Under the pieces are notes generated by a model, which did no database searches, was not told the origin of the DNA, and saw nothing but the letters and a program-made list of their open reading frames with translations. The translations under genes and the position numbers were made by a program. A stretch of DNA of 64,000 nt from a virus. This document shows positions 32,308 through 42,366 of this stretch, one piece after another (position 1 is the first letter of the stretch; every line of letters begins with the position of its first letter). The stretch lies in IMG/VR virus record IMGVR_UViG_3300047650_000023; one strand, 5' to 3'.

Positions 32308-32553
32308 TTATTCGATGTGCTTTTTAACTTGATTTTTAATATAAAATCCATAATCAAAATCACCAATTTCATATCTATAACCATGTAAACCGTTTTGTCC
32401 TCCTACTGGAGGAGAGTATTTTTCTAAGAAAATATCTAAATATTTTTTACCAATGACTATTACTAAGTCACTACTACCATAGATACAAGAAACATATTGA
32501 GTTAAGTTTATAACATCCATTTGAACTTTTAATGATTTAATTTTAATCACCAC
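32308..32553 (-). CDS. Hypothetical protein
   Basis: First gene behind promoter 32585-32613; its 3' end is encoded by junction motif 32299-32316. Confidence 0.55.
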   Translation of the reverse strand: MVIKIKSLKVQMDVINLTQYVSCIYGSSDLVIVIGKKYLDIFLEKYSPPVGGQNGLHGYRYEIGDFDYGFYIKNQVKKHIE

Positions 32554-32584
32554 ACTTTTTTAATTTGTTTTACTCTGCTCTTAT

Positions 32585-32613
32585 ATTATACTAACATTTG
32601 GACAACTTGTCAA
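32585..32613 (-). promoter_or_regulatory. Sigma-A promoter
   Basis: TTGACA-17-TATAAT; TTAATTTATTT at 32633. Confidence 0.85.
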
Positions 32614-32687
32614 TACTATTTTTAAACTTTTCTTAATTTATTTTAGTAACTGTTCAAATCCGATAAAATAAAAGTTTTATTATAGCT

Positions 32688-33338
32688 TTAATATTTATTA
32701 ACCATAGTGACAACATCAATATCATCTTTAATATCATATGATTTCCCATTTTGATTTTTTGAAATATACAACCAATCACTCAATCCAATATAGTGAGTCA
32801 TTATTTTTCTTTTATCTACAATGATAGCGTCAATTTCTTTACTTCGATTTTCAATATAAAAATTTAATGCGTTTAATGTTTCAGAAACTTCTTTACAAAT
32901 ATCAATATCATTAATATTATTTATTTCAAAATTCCTTATAATTACTGGGCGAGGACATAATACAGTATGATTGTCGTACAGTTCATCAATATATTTAATA
33001 TTGTCATTATAAGTTGATAAGCACATTGTATTTCCTTGTGATAAACTTCTATAATTATCCGATCTTGGTAACGCATAATATATTTTATCAATTATCGAAA
33101 ATATATAAGTATACATTCCTTTTATATATATTTCATTATAATTATCTGTCATTGGAACTGGACTTTTGCTTTGTAATTTTAGATAATTTTCATAAGTATC
33201 ACAATGATATTTAATATTAAATTCTCTAAAAATCTCATTATAATTGTTAAAAGGGTTTTTATTTTTTATATAATCCATCATAACATTACTTATTACTTCT
33301 TTTACTTCTTCTGTAAAACTATATTCTTGATTAATCAT
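32688..33338 (-). CDS. Hypothetical protein
   Basis: 216-aa ORF. Confidence 0.7.
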   Translation of the reverse strand: MINQEYSFTEEVKEVISNVMMDYIKNKNPFNNYNEIFREFNIKYHCDTYENYLKLQSKSPVPMTDNYNEIYIKGMYTYIFSIIDKIYYALPRSDNYRSLSQGNTMCLSTYNDNIKYIDELYDNHTVLCPRPVIIRNFEINNINDIDICKEVSETLNALNFYIENRSKEIDAIIVDKRKIMTHYIGLSDWLYISKNQNGKSYDIKDDIDVVTMVNKY

Positions 33339-33390
33339 TTGATTATACTTCTTTCTTTTTAATTTATTAATATCTCATCAAAGAGAAGTT

Positions 33391-34650
33391 CTATGCACAC
33401 TTTATAATTTCTTTTTTCCCATTACCGTATTCAAGAATACTATCTGGAACTATATTAAAATATGTATTTGCTATATCAGGATACTGCTTTTCAAACTGCT
33501 CCATATAAACCCAACAACTACCCTTTTTATTAATCTCTTTTATGTAACGATCAATATTCCTTTTATATTTCTTATAGTCTTTATTACTCATTCCCCTACA
33601 TTGAGAATATAACTTGAAACTAAACTTTTTAAAAATACTTGGTTGATTACACCAACTTGCTAAATTTGTGTACATTCCTTTATATTTGCTTGTATAACAC
33701 TTCTCATATCTCATTATGTAAGGTAATGCAGAATATTTTGACAGAATTAGAATTCTTTCAAATGTATCTTTAATATCTTTTATCCAAAATTCTTCATCCC
33801 ATTTTTCATTATAATCATATCCGCAAAGTACATAGAATTTCATTCGCTTTTTAAATGATGGATATAATTGAAATATTCTTTTTAGTTTATTTTCTATTAA
33901 ATCCTTATCCTTAATATTATCAAAAGCAAATATATAATCGTCATCATATTTCCAAGAAACCAATTCGTGTATTTTTTCATCGTTTAATAGTCTTTCATCT
34001 AATCCCTGTTTAAATTGAAAATATTTATTTGTAACTTTGACTTCTTGAATTATTTGTTTCCATGATGAACAAGCAAAGAAATTATCATCTAAGAAACACA
34101 ATTTAGGTCTATCTGCGTCAAGAAATTCATTTACACTACTATGTGATATTGCTTGATTGTATTTTTTATTTACACAAAAAGGACATTTTCTAAAGCAACC
34201 ACGAGTTAAAAATCCAATTGAATAATCTGTATAATAAGAAAAATCATTTCTGATTTTTTGTATCTGTGTTTTTGTTAACTCATTTTTTAGTTTATTTTCT
34301 TTATCTTGTATTGCTACTTTTATTTTCTTTGCTACCAAATCATCATACAAATGATAATCAGGCATATGATGTTCAATCTCATCGGGTAATGGTGGAGCAT
34401 TCTCATAAAAGAAACCTGTTCCACCGTATTGAACATTCGGAAGGTTTATAATATCATCAGGAATTAAAGTATCTGTAAAAACTTTAGATATCAAAACCAA
34501 ATCGTATTGATCTAAATTTTCATAATTTATTTTTAAAATAACCTCATTACCTTGTTGTTTATAATATCCACTCAACTTCATACAAGCTAAATTGGGAAAT
34601 CTGTGTTTACTCCGTCCAATTAAATCCGCATCAATAATTGCTATATTTAT
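33391..34650 (-). CDS. Radical SAM (Fe-S) protein
   Basis: TRGCFRKCPFCV CxxxCxxC motif, FLDDNF; N-terminus (I)NIAIIDADLIGRSKHRFPNLACMKLS implies an ATA start at 34650. Confidence 0.85.
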   Translation of the reverse strand: MNIAIIDADLIGRSKHRFPNLACMKLSGYYKQQGNEVILKINYENLDQYDLVLISKVFTDTLIPDDIINLPNVQYGGTGFFYENAPPLPDEIEHHMPDYHLYDDLVAKKIKVAIQDKENKLKNELTKTQIQKIRNDFSYYTDYSIGFLTRGCFRKCPFCVNKKYNQAISHSSVNEFLDADRPKLCFLDDNFFACSSWKQIIQEVKVTNKYFQFKQGLDERLLNDEKIHELVSWKYDDDYIFAFDNIKDKDLIENKLKRIFQLYPSFKKRMKFYVLCGYDYNEKWDEEFWIKDIKDTFERILILSKYSALPYIMRYEKCYTSKYKGMYTNLASWCNQPSIFKKFSFKLYSQCRGMSNKDYKKYKRNIDRYIKEINKKGSCWVYMEQFEKQYPDIANTYFNIVPDSILEYGNGKKEIIKCA

Positions 34651-34662
34651 ATATTATCACCT

Positions 34663-35004
34663 CTAAGCATTAAATATATCTTCCTCCTTATAATATGTAA
34701 ATTGTCTTCTTGTATTTTCTGGAACAGGTAATTCAATTCTAAATTCAACAACATCACAATTGCGTTCACCACTATAATAACTTAACACGGTCATAGTGTA
34801 TTGACCGTTATCTTCTATAATGGTAACTTCTTTGCAATTAAAATTTTGAGCAAATTTACGTACTTCCGACTTAAAACATTTATAGGTCATATATGAACAG
34901 AATCCAAAAATGTGATCACTATTATCCACCTTGAATAAACATTGTTGCCAATTGCCACGATAGTCTTTAGTTTTATCTTCATTCCATTTAATTCTATTAG
35001 TCAT
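34663..35004 (-). CDS. Hypothetical protein
   Basis: 113-aa ORF behind promoter 35037-35065. Confidence 0.65.
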   Translation of the reverse strand: MTNRIKWNEDKTKDYRGNWQQCLFKVDNSDHIFGFCSYMTYKCFKSEVRKFAQNFNCKEVTIIEDNGQYTMTVLSYYSGERNCDVVEFRIELPVPENTRRQFTYYKEEDIFNA

Positions 35005-35036
35005 AATAAGTACCTCACTTTTAATTTATTGTACTT

Positions 35037-35065
35037 ATTATACTATAAATAAATTAAGATTGCAA
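35037..35065 (-). promoter_or_regulatory. Sigma-A promoter
   Basis: TTGCAA-17-TATAAT with AAATAAATTAA (plus strand) at 35047-35057 in the spacer. Confidence 0.7.
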
Positions 35066-35096
35066 TAGTTATTTCAAACTATTTATTAAACATACC

Positions 35097-35168
35097 ATAA
35101 AAGACAGGTTTTATTATATGCTTGTATCTATATATTGGGTTACTAATTTTAATAACTACTATATATAG
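35097..35168. promoter_or_regulatory. Composite site: 18-bp motif plus tandem NrdR-box-like pair
   Basis: Motif 35097-35114, 13-bp gap, CTATATATTG at 35128, CTATATATAG at 35159. Confidence 0.6.
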
Positions 35169-35174
35169 TATGTA

Positions 35175-35900
35175 TTAATTATTATATACAAACAATTTTT
35201 CAATACTTTGACTACGACTTGCTTTATCTAATGTTGTGGTTAATTCTTTGCTCCAAATACATTTAAAATCTTTCGGTGCATTATATTCACTTATAAATAC
35301 TTTGTTTTCTTTTGATATATCTCTAATCCATTGCCAAAATATATCATAGTCAAAGTTTTTACTTGTTCCATAAAGTGTTGTACCTTGATATGGAGGATCA
35401 CAATATATAATAGCATTTTTAAAACCAGTAAAATATGTATAGTCTTCAGCTACAAATTCAACATCATCAAGTTTAAATGCTTGATTGATTATGTTTCTTA
35501 CAGCTTCATCATAATAGTTTCTATCTGTGTCTATCTTTGTATGTACTATTCCAGCATAACCTCCAAACCACTTTGCATTATAAGTTGCACAAAATCCTGC
35601 AATGGCTACAAGAGCCTTACCGTAATCCTCTTTATGGTCTTTAATACTATTATACATTTCTCTTGTCATCGTTTCTGGAGGCTTCCAGCCTTGTTGTAGA
35701 GACTTCCACATATCAATTAAATACTCATTATTATCAGCACCTATTTTTTTATTACATCGAATTTTCTCCATCATATTTGCTCCACCAACAAAAGGCTCAA
35801 TATAAATTTTTTTATCATTTTCATCTATATAGCGTTGAATAATTGGAGAAATTTCTTTTGCTATACGTGCTTTACTTCCCATATATTTAATAATTATCAC
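35175..35900 (-). CDS. Dam-family (D12 class) DNA adenine methyltransferase
   Basis: KYMGSKARI, EPFVGGAN, YCDPPY. Confidence 0.9.
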   Translation of the reverse strand: MIIIKYMGSKARIAKEISPIIQRYIDENDKKIYIEPFVGGANMMEKIRCNKKIGADNNEYLIDMWKSLQQGWKPPETMTREMYNSIKDHKEDYGKALVAIAGFCATYNAKWFGGYAGIVHTKIDTDRNYYDEAVRNIINQAFKLDDVEFVAEDYTYFTGFKNAIIYCDPPYQGTTLYGTSKNFDYDIFWQWIRDISKENKVFISEYNAPKDFKCIWSKELTTTLDKASRSQSIEKLFVYNN

Positions 35901-35956
35901 ATTCTTTCTTAATTTCTTTTAATATACAATCAATCACACGTTTGATGGTATACATT

Positions 35957-36259
35957 CTAATCTATTCGTACCCAAATAAAATCTTCTCCACTTTCATTCA
36001 TCAATTCTTCAAATAAATCTTTATTACAATTCATATCCTTAGTAATTTCAGGTAATTTCTCTCTTGTAATTTTATATTTGGTTTTCATTGGTTTATAACA
36101 TCCCCAACAAGCATATTTTGATTCATTATCCTTGTTCTCACAACTGTCACAAGGACTATCTTGTTCTAAATTATAGTTATAAAAATTAGGCATTTCAGCA
36201 TATCCGTTTTCATCTATTAGTTTATTTTTAGAATTAGTAAAATAATACCATTGACTCAT
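35957..36259 (-). CDS. Hypothetical protein
   Basis: 100-aa ORF with Cys pairs. Confidence 0.6.
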   Translation of the reverse strand: MSQWYYFTNSKNKLIDENGYAEMPNFYNYNLEQDSPCDSCENKDNESKYACWGCYKPMKTKYKITREKLPEITKDMNCNKDLFEELMNESGEDFIWVRID

Positions 36260-36573
36260 TTGATTCCACCATTACCATCTATAGCAATCCAATGTCTATT
36301 TTCTACCATTTCATAATCCTTTGGGTTTAGTATAGAACATGAACCCGATGTAACAGGAATTGGAGAAAATAAATCTACCATATGTTTACCGCATTTATCA
36401 CACTCAATTACTTCTGTACCAAAAAATCCTCTAAACTCTAATTCTCCACCACAGGGACAAGTAATATAATTAAGGTTTTCACCGTCATCTGTATAAGTCC
36501 AACCAAGAGAATCTAAACACTCTTTAATATTCATAACTTTAAAATCAGTTACATCTTGTAAACTTTTCTTCAT
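36256..36573 (-). CDS. Hypothetical Zn-ribbon protein
   Basis: CPCG...CDKCG. Confidence 0.65.
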   Translation of the reverse strand: MKKSLQDVTDFKVMNIKECLDSLGWTYTDDGENLNYITCPCGGELEFRGFFGTEVIECDKCGKHMVDLFSPIPVTSGSCSILNPKDYEMVENRHWIAIDGNGGIK

Positions 36574-36590
36574 TTATTAATTACCCTTTC

Positions 36591-36809
36591 TTATTTTATT
36601 AATTCCATCATAAAATCATAAAGTTGTTGTTTTTTATCTTGTGCTGTAATCTTAAACATTTCATTTGGTTCACCATATCCAGAAGCATCCACATAACTAT
36701 CTTCAAAATCATGTGTATCTAAATGTTCATATATAAGCTCGATTACGTCTTCTTCAGTTTCAAAGCATCCTCTAAAAGTATGATACCAATCATCATTTAA
36801 TTTTGCCAT
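36591..36809 (-). CDS. Hypothetical protein
   Basis: 72-aa ORF. Confidence 0.6.
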   Translation of the reverse strand: MAKLNDDWYHTFRGCFETEEDVIELIYEHLDTHDFEDSYVDASGYGEPNEMFKITAQDKKQQLYDFMMELIK

Positions 36810-36815
36810 ATGTAA

Positions 36816-37535
36816 TTAACCTTTCTTTTTCGGAACTCTGTCCATATGAATATCGTGATAAATATAGTCTTTAGATAAATCTTTATTCAACCAATCACAA
36901 TATATTTCACAATCTTCTTTTGATCTAAAGAATGTATTATATTTATCTAAACTCTCATATGTCATACCTTTTTGATATACTGTTTCTATTAAAGTGCTAC
37001 TATCATAACTGTAATAATCATAATCAGGTTCACGATTAACTTTATACCACATTAACATTTCTTTATTATTACGGTCAATTTTAAATTCTGTACAGTTATA
37101 GTCTCTTGGGATATATTTATCCTTATACTTTAAACATTTACATTCTTCTGTTATATCTTTTCCAGATGGTGATTTAAAATGAATTTGTCTGTTTTCGTCA
37201 CATTTATCACATTTGGCTTTATATACTGACTCTGATTCAGCTTTATACATAATAACCTGAAAATCTTTCATCAATTCAGAAAGTCTTTGATTTCTAACTT
37301 TTCGTTCCAGATTTAGTTTTTCTAATTCAAGTTCTCGTTCTTTAGCTCTATATTGATTTTTAATATTTTCAAAGTTTTTCTTTGTTGCTTGTAATTCTGT
37401 ATTTTCTTTTCTAAGTCGTTCCATTTCCTCTGTGAATTCAGATTTAACAGATTTAATAAGAGACTCTTTAAACTCGTCTACTTGCTGTTCAAATTCGCTT
37501 GGTTCGCAATAGAAATCTGGATCATAGTAACTCAT
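36816..37535 (-). CDS. Conserved phage coiled-coil/Zn-finger protein
   Basis: YYDPDFYCEPSEFEQQVDEFKESL...KCDKCDENRQI. Confidence 0.75.
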   Translation of the reverse strand: MSYYDPDFYCEPSEFEQQVDEFKESLIKSVKSEFTEEMERLRKENTELQATKKNFENIKNQYRAKERELELEKLNLERKVRNQRLSELMKDFQVIMYKAESESVYKAKCDKCDENRQIHFKSPSGKDITEECKCLKYKDKYIPRDYNCTEFKIDRNNKEMLMWYKVNREPDYDYYSYDSSTLIETVYQKGMTYESLDKYNTFFRSKEDCEIYCDWLNKDLSKDYIYHDIHMDRVPKKKG

Positions 37536-37578
37536 TTTATTGTCTATCCTTTCTTATTTTAAAGTTTTTTAATATCCT

Positions 37579-37651
37579 ATAAAAGCCAACATTGATTAAC
37601 ATTTCAACACTATATATTGTGCTTTAGTATTATTCTGTATACTATATAGGT
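37579..37651. promoter_or_regulatory. Composite site: 18-bp motif plus tandem NrdR-box-like pair
   Basis: Motif 37579-37596, 13-bp gap, acaCTATATATTGtg (C at 37610), CTATATAGG at 37642. Confidence 0.6.
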
Positions 37652-37662
37652 TTTATTTTCAT

Positions 37663-38004
37663 TTACCATTGACAATTTTTTGCTTCATATTCACTATTTG
37701 CTTTATAAAACTCTTTTATAGTTTCAGAATTATCTCCATCTCTAGACCAAACTACTTTTCCATTACTCATAACAACATCAACCTTATTTTCTTCTAGTTC
37801 TTTTAACTTCCATTCCGTAAGATCATGATTAGCAAAATTCCTATTAGAACAACCATGTTGTGCTATAACATTATCATTTAGCACCAATAGATAACAACCT
37901 ACTACTCCACAGTAATTTTTATCTATTCCGCATAATATTTCTGCTACATTCATTTTAACTATTCCTTTCTTTATGTCATCAATTACATGTTTGGACAGCA
38001 TCAA
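37663..38004 (-). CDS. Hypothetical protein
   Basis: 113-aa ORF. Confidence 0.6.
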   Translation of the reverse strand: MMLSKHVIDDIKKGIVKMNVAEILCGIDKNYCGVVGCYLLVLNDNVIAQHGCSNRNFANHDLTEWKLKELEENKVDVVMSNGKVVWSRDGDNSETIKEFYKANSEYEAKNCQW

Positions 38005-38264
38005 TTTATACCGTAATCTTCGAGCTGTTTTACAATTATAAGTTTTTCAAGTTTTCTAATATCATTTTTAAGAGACTCAATATAACTATCATCTGACTTA
38101 GTGTTTTCTTCTATATATTCATAATCTGCTAACTTTTTGTAAGCATCTTCAGAAACAGGACAAGTACACGGACAATAACAATCTCCATCTTTTATTATGT
38201 ATTTGTCACAATTTTTTCCAAGACACTTTTGTAATACTCCATTATGATCAGTAAGTCGTTCCAT
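38001..38264 (-). CDS. Phage hypothetical protein (MERLT...KLADYE type)
   Basis: 87-aa ORF with SD AGGAG. Confidence 0.7.
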   Translation of the reverse strand: MERLTDHNGVLQKCLGKNCDKYIIKDGDCYCPCTCPVSEDAYKKLADYEYIEENTKSDDSYIESLKNDIRKLEKLIIVKQLEDYGIN

Positions 38265-38393
38265 TTATACTCTCCTTTCTTTATACCATAGAATAGAAAT
38301 TTGATTGTACTTTTGGTATATATATTATACAATAACAATCGCCTATAATCATAATTTATTGTGTATATTGCACAATTATTTTTAACTTTTTTA

Positions 38394-38666
38394 TTAAATC
38401 AAATAAGCTGTCTTTAATGCTAATTGATTATTCCACAATATCAAATTACACCTCAAATGAAACTTATCATAAGTCAAACTATCAATATGAGCATTTTTAG
38501 GCAGTGTATAACCCATCAGATTTCCTTTGTATTCTCCTGTTGGCTCTCCGTTATAATTATTATAGAGAGATATGTATTCGTCCCATGAATCGACTTCTAT
38601 AAGCCTTGACTGATGATCTGCGACTATATCATTGTTGTAAAAGATATTTGTTTCGATTACTTTCAA
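38394..38666 (-). CDS. Hypothetical protein
   Basis: DHQSRLIEVDSWDEYI; TTG start after SD AGGAG. Confidence 0.65.
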   Translation of the reverse strand: MKVIETNIFYNNDIVADHQSRLIEVDSWDEYISLYNNYNGEPTGEYKGNLMGYTLPKNAHIDSLTYDKFHLRCNLILWNNQLALKTAYLI

Positions 38667-38687
38667 ACTCTCACTCCTTAAATTTCT

Positions 38688-39053
38688 TTATTGATATTCT
38701 ACACTATCTGTTTGATTCACAATAACATATGTATCGCCAGTTTGTGAAACTATATGATACTCTTTATTAAATTGCTTTAGACTAACTGAATCAGAAATTT
38801 TAACTGTATATACTTTCCAAATATATGGATGAATAGAGCTTAATAATAAAGTTATACCTAAAAATAATGAAAATATTTCTATCAAAATAAACACATAAAT
38901 AGGAGTATTATTTTTTTGAGTAATAGCTTTATAAATTATAAAAACAAGAATTATTATTGCAAGAAGTAGAAACAAAATAGAAAGTGGCAACCAATGATTT
39001 TTTGTAGCATCATTCATTGTAGAAGTGCTAAGAATTGTAATACCATTTAACAT
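38688..39053 (-). CDS. Membrane protein (2 TM)
   Basis: Two hydrophobic segments. Confidence 0.7.
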   Translation of the reverse strand: MLNGITILSTSTMNDATKNHWLPLSILFLLLAIIILVFIIYKAITQKNNTPIYVFILIEIFSLFLGITLLLSSIHPYIWKVYTVKISDSVSLKQFNKEYHIVSQTGDTYVIVNQTDSVEYQ

Positions 39054-39063
39054 TTTAAATGCA

Positions 39064-39315
39064 TTATCCTTTCTTAGTTAATTCTTTAGGTGCTTCAGGA
39101 TAATGCATCCAATATAACGGTTTACACAACACTCCGTTATCCTGAAATTGCTTACTGACCTTCCAATATGTAGCTTCATAAACATATCCATCGTCATCAC
39201 ATACGATACATCTTTTCCCCACATCAGACGTATAGCTTTCTTCTGGCTCTCTATCAATCTTCGGCAACTGTTCTGATACTAATATCCAATCTTGAATCAT
39301 AAATTTTCCTTTCAA
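39064..39315 (-). CDS. DUF551-like phage protein
   Basis: WILVSEQLP...YWMHYPEAP. Confidence 0.7.
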   Translation of the reverse strand: MKGKFMIQDWILVSEQLPKIDREPEESYTSDVGKRCIVCDDDGYVYEATYWKVSKQFQDNGVLCKPLYWMHYPEAPKELTKKG

Positions 39316-39320
39316 TCCTT

Positions 39321-39394
39321 ATAGATATCTTAATTGATTCACATTATGTATCTATATATGGTATAACTATTATTCTACTTATACCATATATAGA
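39321..39394. promoter_or_regulatory. Composite site: 18-bp motif plus tandem NrdR-box-like pair
   Basis: Motif 39321-39338, 13-bp gap, CTATATATGG at 39352, CCATATATAG at 39384; the boxes form a 15-bp perfect inverted repeat. Confidence 0.6.
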
Positions 39395-39403
39395 GATTAA
39401 CAA

Positions 39404-39970
39404 TTAATAATTAGTTGGCAAACTCCATGCTTCACATAGATTAGCTGCAAGTTTTGCTTGATAAACTACTGTGTTAGGTTCTGCATACATTATATTGTCT
39501 TTACCTGTCTTAGCATCTATCATAATAAGCCAAGTAGCGTTAGAATCACCTTGATAAAGCATATTCGGATCTTCCTGTGGAATAGCTACATTTCCTCCAC
39601 CATATTCTCCACCATCTTGAACTATTTGGTCTGGATTAGTATATTCTGTATCATAAGGAAGCCCATAACCTTGACACTCACCTAAATAAATAAATTTACC
39701 ATCCATTTGGTTTTGTACATAAGCGTAGCAAATAAGATTTGACTGGTCACGTAGTTCGTAAATTTCTTTAAGTTGCTTTCGTTCTGTAAAGTTTGTGATA
39801 TTAGGCATACCGACTTGTTGGTTTGCTTGATCCATTGCTTGATTTGTAGCTTGTGTTTGTTTTTGGTCTGCTGTTGGAGTATTATCTGTGCTAAAACACC
39901 CTGTCAAACTAAACATAAGTCCTATACAAACGATACCCACACCAATAATCTTTTTATTAAAAATTTTCAT
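39404..39970 (-). CDS. Phage lipoprotein
   Basis: Lipobox LTGC; MPNITNFTERKQLKEIYELRD. Confidence 0.8.
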   Translation of the reverse strand: MKIFNKKIIGVGIVCIGLMFSLTGCFSTDNTPTADQKQTQATNQAMDQANQQVGMPNITNFTERKQLKEIYELRDQSNLICYAYVQNQMDGKFIYLGECQGYGLPYDTEYTNPDQIVQDGGEYGGGNVAIPQEDPNMLYQGDSNATWLIMIDAKTGKDNIMYAEPNTVVYQAKLAANLCEAWSLPTNY

Positions 39971-40034
39971 CTTTCTTTACTCCTTTAAATATTATTAATT
40001 TATTATTACAACACAATTATTTTAAGTAGTTATT

Positions 40035-40382
40035 TTAATTAACTGTTCCGTTCATAATATCACGATACCAATCTGATATTGTTGGATTAGTAATCAAATC
40101 TGGATCAAGATTAGGATAACTTGCTCTTATGTAATTTATAAGTGCATGTTTTCCTGTTGAGTCAGTAGACTGGTCATATTCAAGCTTAACTTTTGCTATA
40201 TCAGCCGTAGCACCATCTACATAAGCTTGAGTTGAATGAAATACATTAGTGTCTGCATTTTGTTGTGCCTTACCTACTGTATTTGTATAACCAACATTCA
40301 AGTAGCCTGAACCAAATCCTATACCGATAAAAAGTGCTATAACTCCTAATGAAATTCCAATTCCTGCAAATACTTTCTTCAT
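40035..40382 (-). CDS. Membrane-anchored protein paired with the lipoprotein
   Basis: MKKVFAGIGISLGVIALFIGIGF anchor; start 40382 after SD GGAG. Confidence 0.7.
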   Translation of the reverse strand: MKKVFAGIGISLGVIALFIGIGFGSGYLNVGYTNTVGKAQQNADTNVFHSTQAYVDGATADIAKVKLEYDQSTDSTGKHALINYIRASYPNLDPDLITNPTISDWYRDIMNGTVN

Positions 40383-40494
40383 TGAATTTTCTCCTTTTAT
40401 ATTTGATATTAATTTATTGTTATTATGAATTGCTTTTTTTAATACAACCAATTTGCATCATCATTTCTTTTCTTAATTTGTTTTCCTTGCATAT

Positions 40495-40523
40495 ATGATA
40501 ACATTCTTTCAACTGAATGTCAA
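40495..40523 (-). promoter_or_regulatory. Sigma-A promoter
   Basis: TTGACA-17-TATCAT with TG extension; TTAATTTATTT at 40543. Confidence 0.8.
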
Positions 40524-40587
40524 TAGTTTCTTTGGTAATTATTTAATTTATTTCACCACCTTAACAAACATAGATTTGATAAACTTT

Positions 40588-40998
40588 TTAATATAATTTT
40601 TCAGATAAGTCTTTAAGTTTGTTATATACTTCATCAATTTCAGACAATCCGTCAATAGGTTCTACAAGGTCTTTAATATTGTTTACTTCTGATTCTATTT
40701 CATCAAGCATTACTTGAACTTCTTCAGCAGAAACAAATTGATCGTTAGGTTTTGAATCTTCTAAATCTTCGTAATCATATGCATTGTAATATTTTCTATA
40801 AGAATTAATCATTATTATTTCTTTCCTTTCTCCACACAGTATATCTCTTGTAAGTTTCTTCTGACAGCCAAGATAACTTAATCCCTTATTACCTTTTACC
40901 TTACTTATGTAATATTGATATGCTCCCTGTGTAAGTCCATACAACTCAATTGGCTTGTCCTTATGAAATAATTTAGATAATAAAAACATTTTGACCAC
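40588..40998 (-). CDS. Hypothetical protein
   Basis: 136-aa ORF. Confidence 0.6.
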   Translation of the reverse strand: MVKMFLLSKLFHKDKPIELYGLTQGAYQYYISKVKGNKGLSYLGCQKKLTRDILCGERKEIIMINSYRKYYNAYDYEDLEDSKPNDQFVSAEEVQVMLDEIESEVNNIKDLVEPIDGLSEIDEVYNKLKDLSEKLY

Positions 40999-41071
40999 TC
41001 CTTAATATTTAATTTATTTATATAAAACTGTCTTAAGCCCATAATATTTATGTAGAATAGAAGATTTTTAA

Positions 41072-41593
41072 TTAATTTATGTATGTTTGATTATTTACTA
41101 TTTTAGTTATAGCAGAATGATTGATATTAAATAATTTGCCTAAACTTCTATGAGTGTATTCGCCTGTTGTATATAATTCTCTTATTTCATTTGCCTGTTG
41201 ATTTGTTAATTTTGCAAAATTACAACGTTCGCCCTTTCTAATATCACATAATCCATCTTCTATAGCTTTAATAGCATTTCCTTGTGCTGTAATCCATTCT
41301 AAATTTTCAATCCAATTATGAACTTTAATATCATCTTTATGATGAACTTGTGGTAAATTATTTGGATTGTCAATAAATGTTTCCGCTACACACTTGTGTA
41401 TTCTAATTATTTTTTTACTATTTCTACTTCCCAATGAACCAGAATATGTTAAATATCCTGTTTTAATTTTATGAAGTTTTACAATATATTTTGTTTTGGT
41501 GTTTCTTAAATGTCCTTTATTTGACACTTCATAATATTGTGATAAATCTTTTCCTTGATAGATTACACCTCTCCAAATTTCTTCTAATTGCAA
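41072..41593 (-). CDS. NUMOD4/HNH homing endonuclease
   Basis: EIW...YEVSNKG, IHKCVAETFI.N..NLPQVHHKDD.K.HN.IENLEW. Confidence 0.9.
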   Translation of the reverse strand: MQLEEIWRGVIYQGKDLSQYYEVSNKGHLRNTKTKYIVKLHKIKTGYLTYSGSLGSRNSKKIIRIHKCVAETFIDNPNNLPQVHHKDDIKVHNWIENLEWITAQGNAIKAIEDGLCDIRKGERCNFAKLTNQQANEIRELYTTGEYTHRSLGKLFNINHSAITKIVNNQTYIN

Positions 41594-41842
41594 TTATTAA
41601 TCTTGGCAACCTTTCCATCCTCTCCTATTCTACATAAAAATATAATTGATTATCTTTCCCCTGATAATCTGTTAGCATTAAGCCACCCAAATACCTTCAG
41701 GACGCAAGTATTTGCTAACCCCATACTATTTAATATTTAATCTAGTACATAATACTAAACCCAATTGACTTACTGCGAAAGAAGGTCTATATGAAAATAA
41801 CAATAATTAGACGCACTGTTATGTACTAGATTGTTTAGTGTA

Positions 41843-42025
41843 TTATTGACAGTTTGAACAATATTGAGCGCCTTTATCGGAATCCCATGAACCTTCAAAA
41901 ATAACTGTTTCGTTTTTATTATGTAAAATTATTTCTTTATTACATCTTGAACAAATCAATCCAGTATTAAATGGATAATTATTAAATTCAGAAATTGTAT
42001 TTTTTGGTTTTTCCATCTTTTTCAC
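41843..42025 (-). CDS. Small Zn-binding hypothetical protein
   Basis: CSRC...CSNC. Confidence 0.55.
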   Translation of the reverse strand: MKKMEKPKNTISEFNNYPFNTGLICSRCNKEIILHNKNETVIFEGSWDSDKGAQYCSNCQ

Positions 42026-42059
42026 CTCTTTTCAAACAGTCTATGAAAGAACTCTTTGA

Positions 42060-42326
42060 TTATACATTTAGCAATACATTCTCATTACTAAACTCATTAA
42101 CAGACATATTCCAATTAAATTCAGATTTATTTACTTCCACAAAATCTTTCTTTGATGCTGTCTCAATCCAATTGTCTTTGCTTATTCCACGATTTTTAAT
42201 AATAACATATTCATCTTTAAGATTTAATACAAATACTTCAGAATAATCAACCATTCTTTTATTAGGTATATATCTACAATAATCATAAAGATTACCTATT
42301 TTAATTACTTTTCCAGTTAATTTCAT
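42060..42326 (-). CDS. Hypothetical protein
   Basis: First gene behind promoter 42367-42394; stop abuts motif 42043-42060. Confidence 0.6.
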   Translation of the reverse strand: MKLTGKVIKIGNLYDYCRYIPNKRMVDYSEVFVLNLKDEYVIIKNRGISKDNWIETASKKDFVEVNKSEFNWNMSVNEFSNENVLLNV

Positions 42327-42366
42327 TATGTATTACTTCTTCCATATTTAATTTATTTCATCTACT

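Noticed and set aside
41022-41069. Weak junction-motif matches (41022, 41052; also 41634, 43948, 60280, 61375)
   Set aside because: Arms mismatch, spacing is off by one, or the match lies inside a coding frame; left out of the count.
41690-41720. Hammerhead, twister or pistol ribozyme in the HNH leader
   Set aside because: Only partial cores (CTGAAG, TTAATGC) are present; I could not build the required helices by eye.
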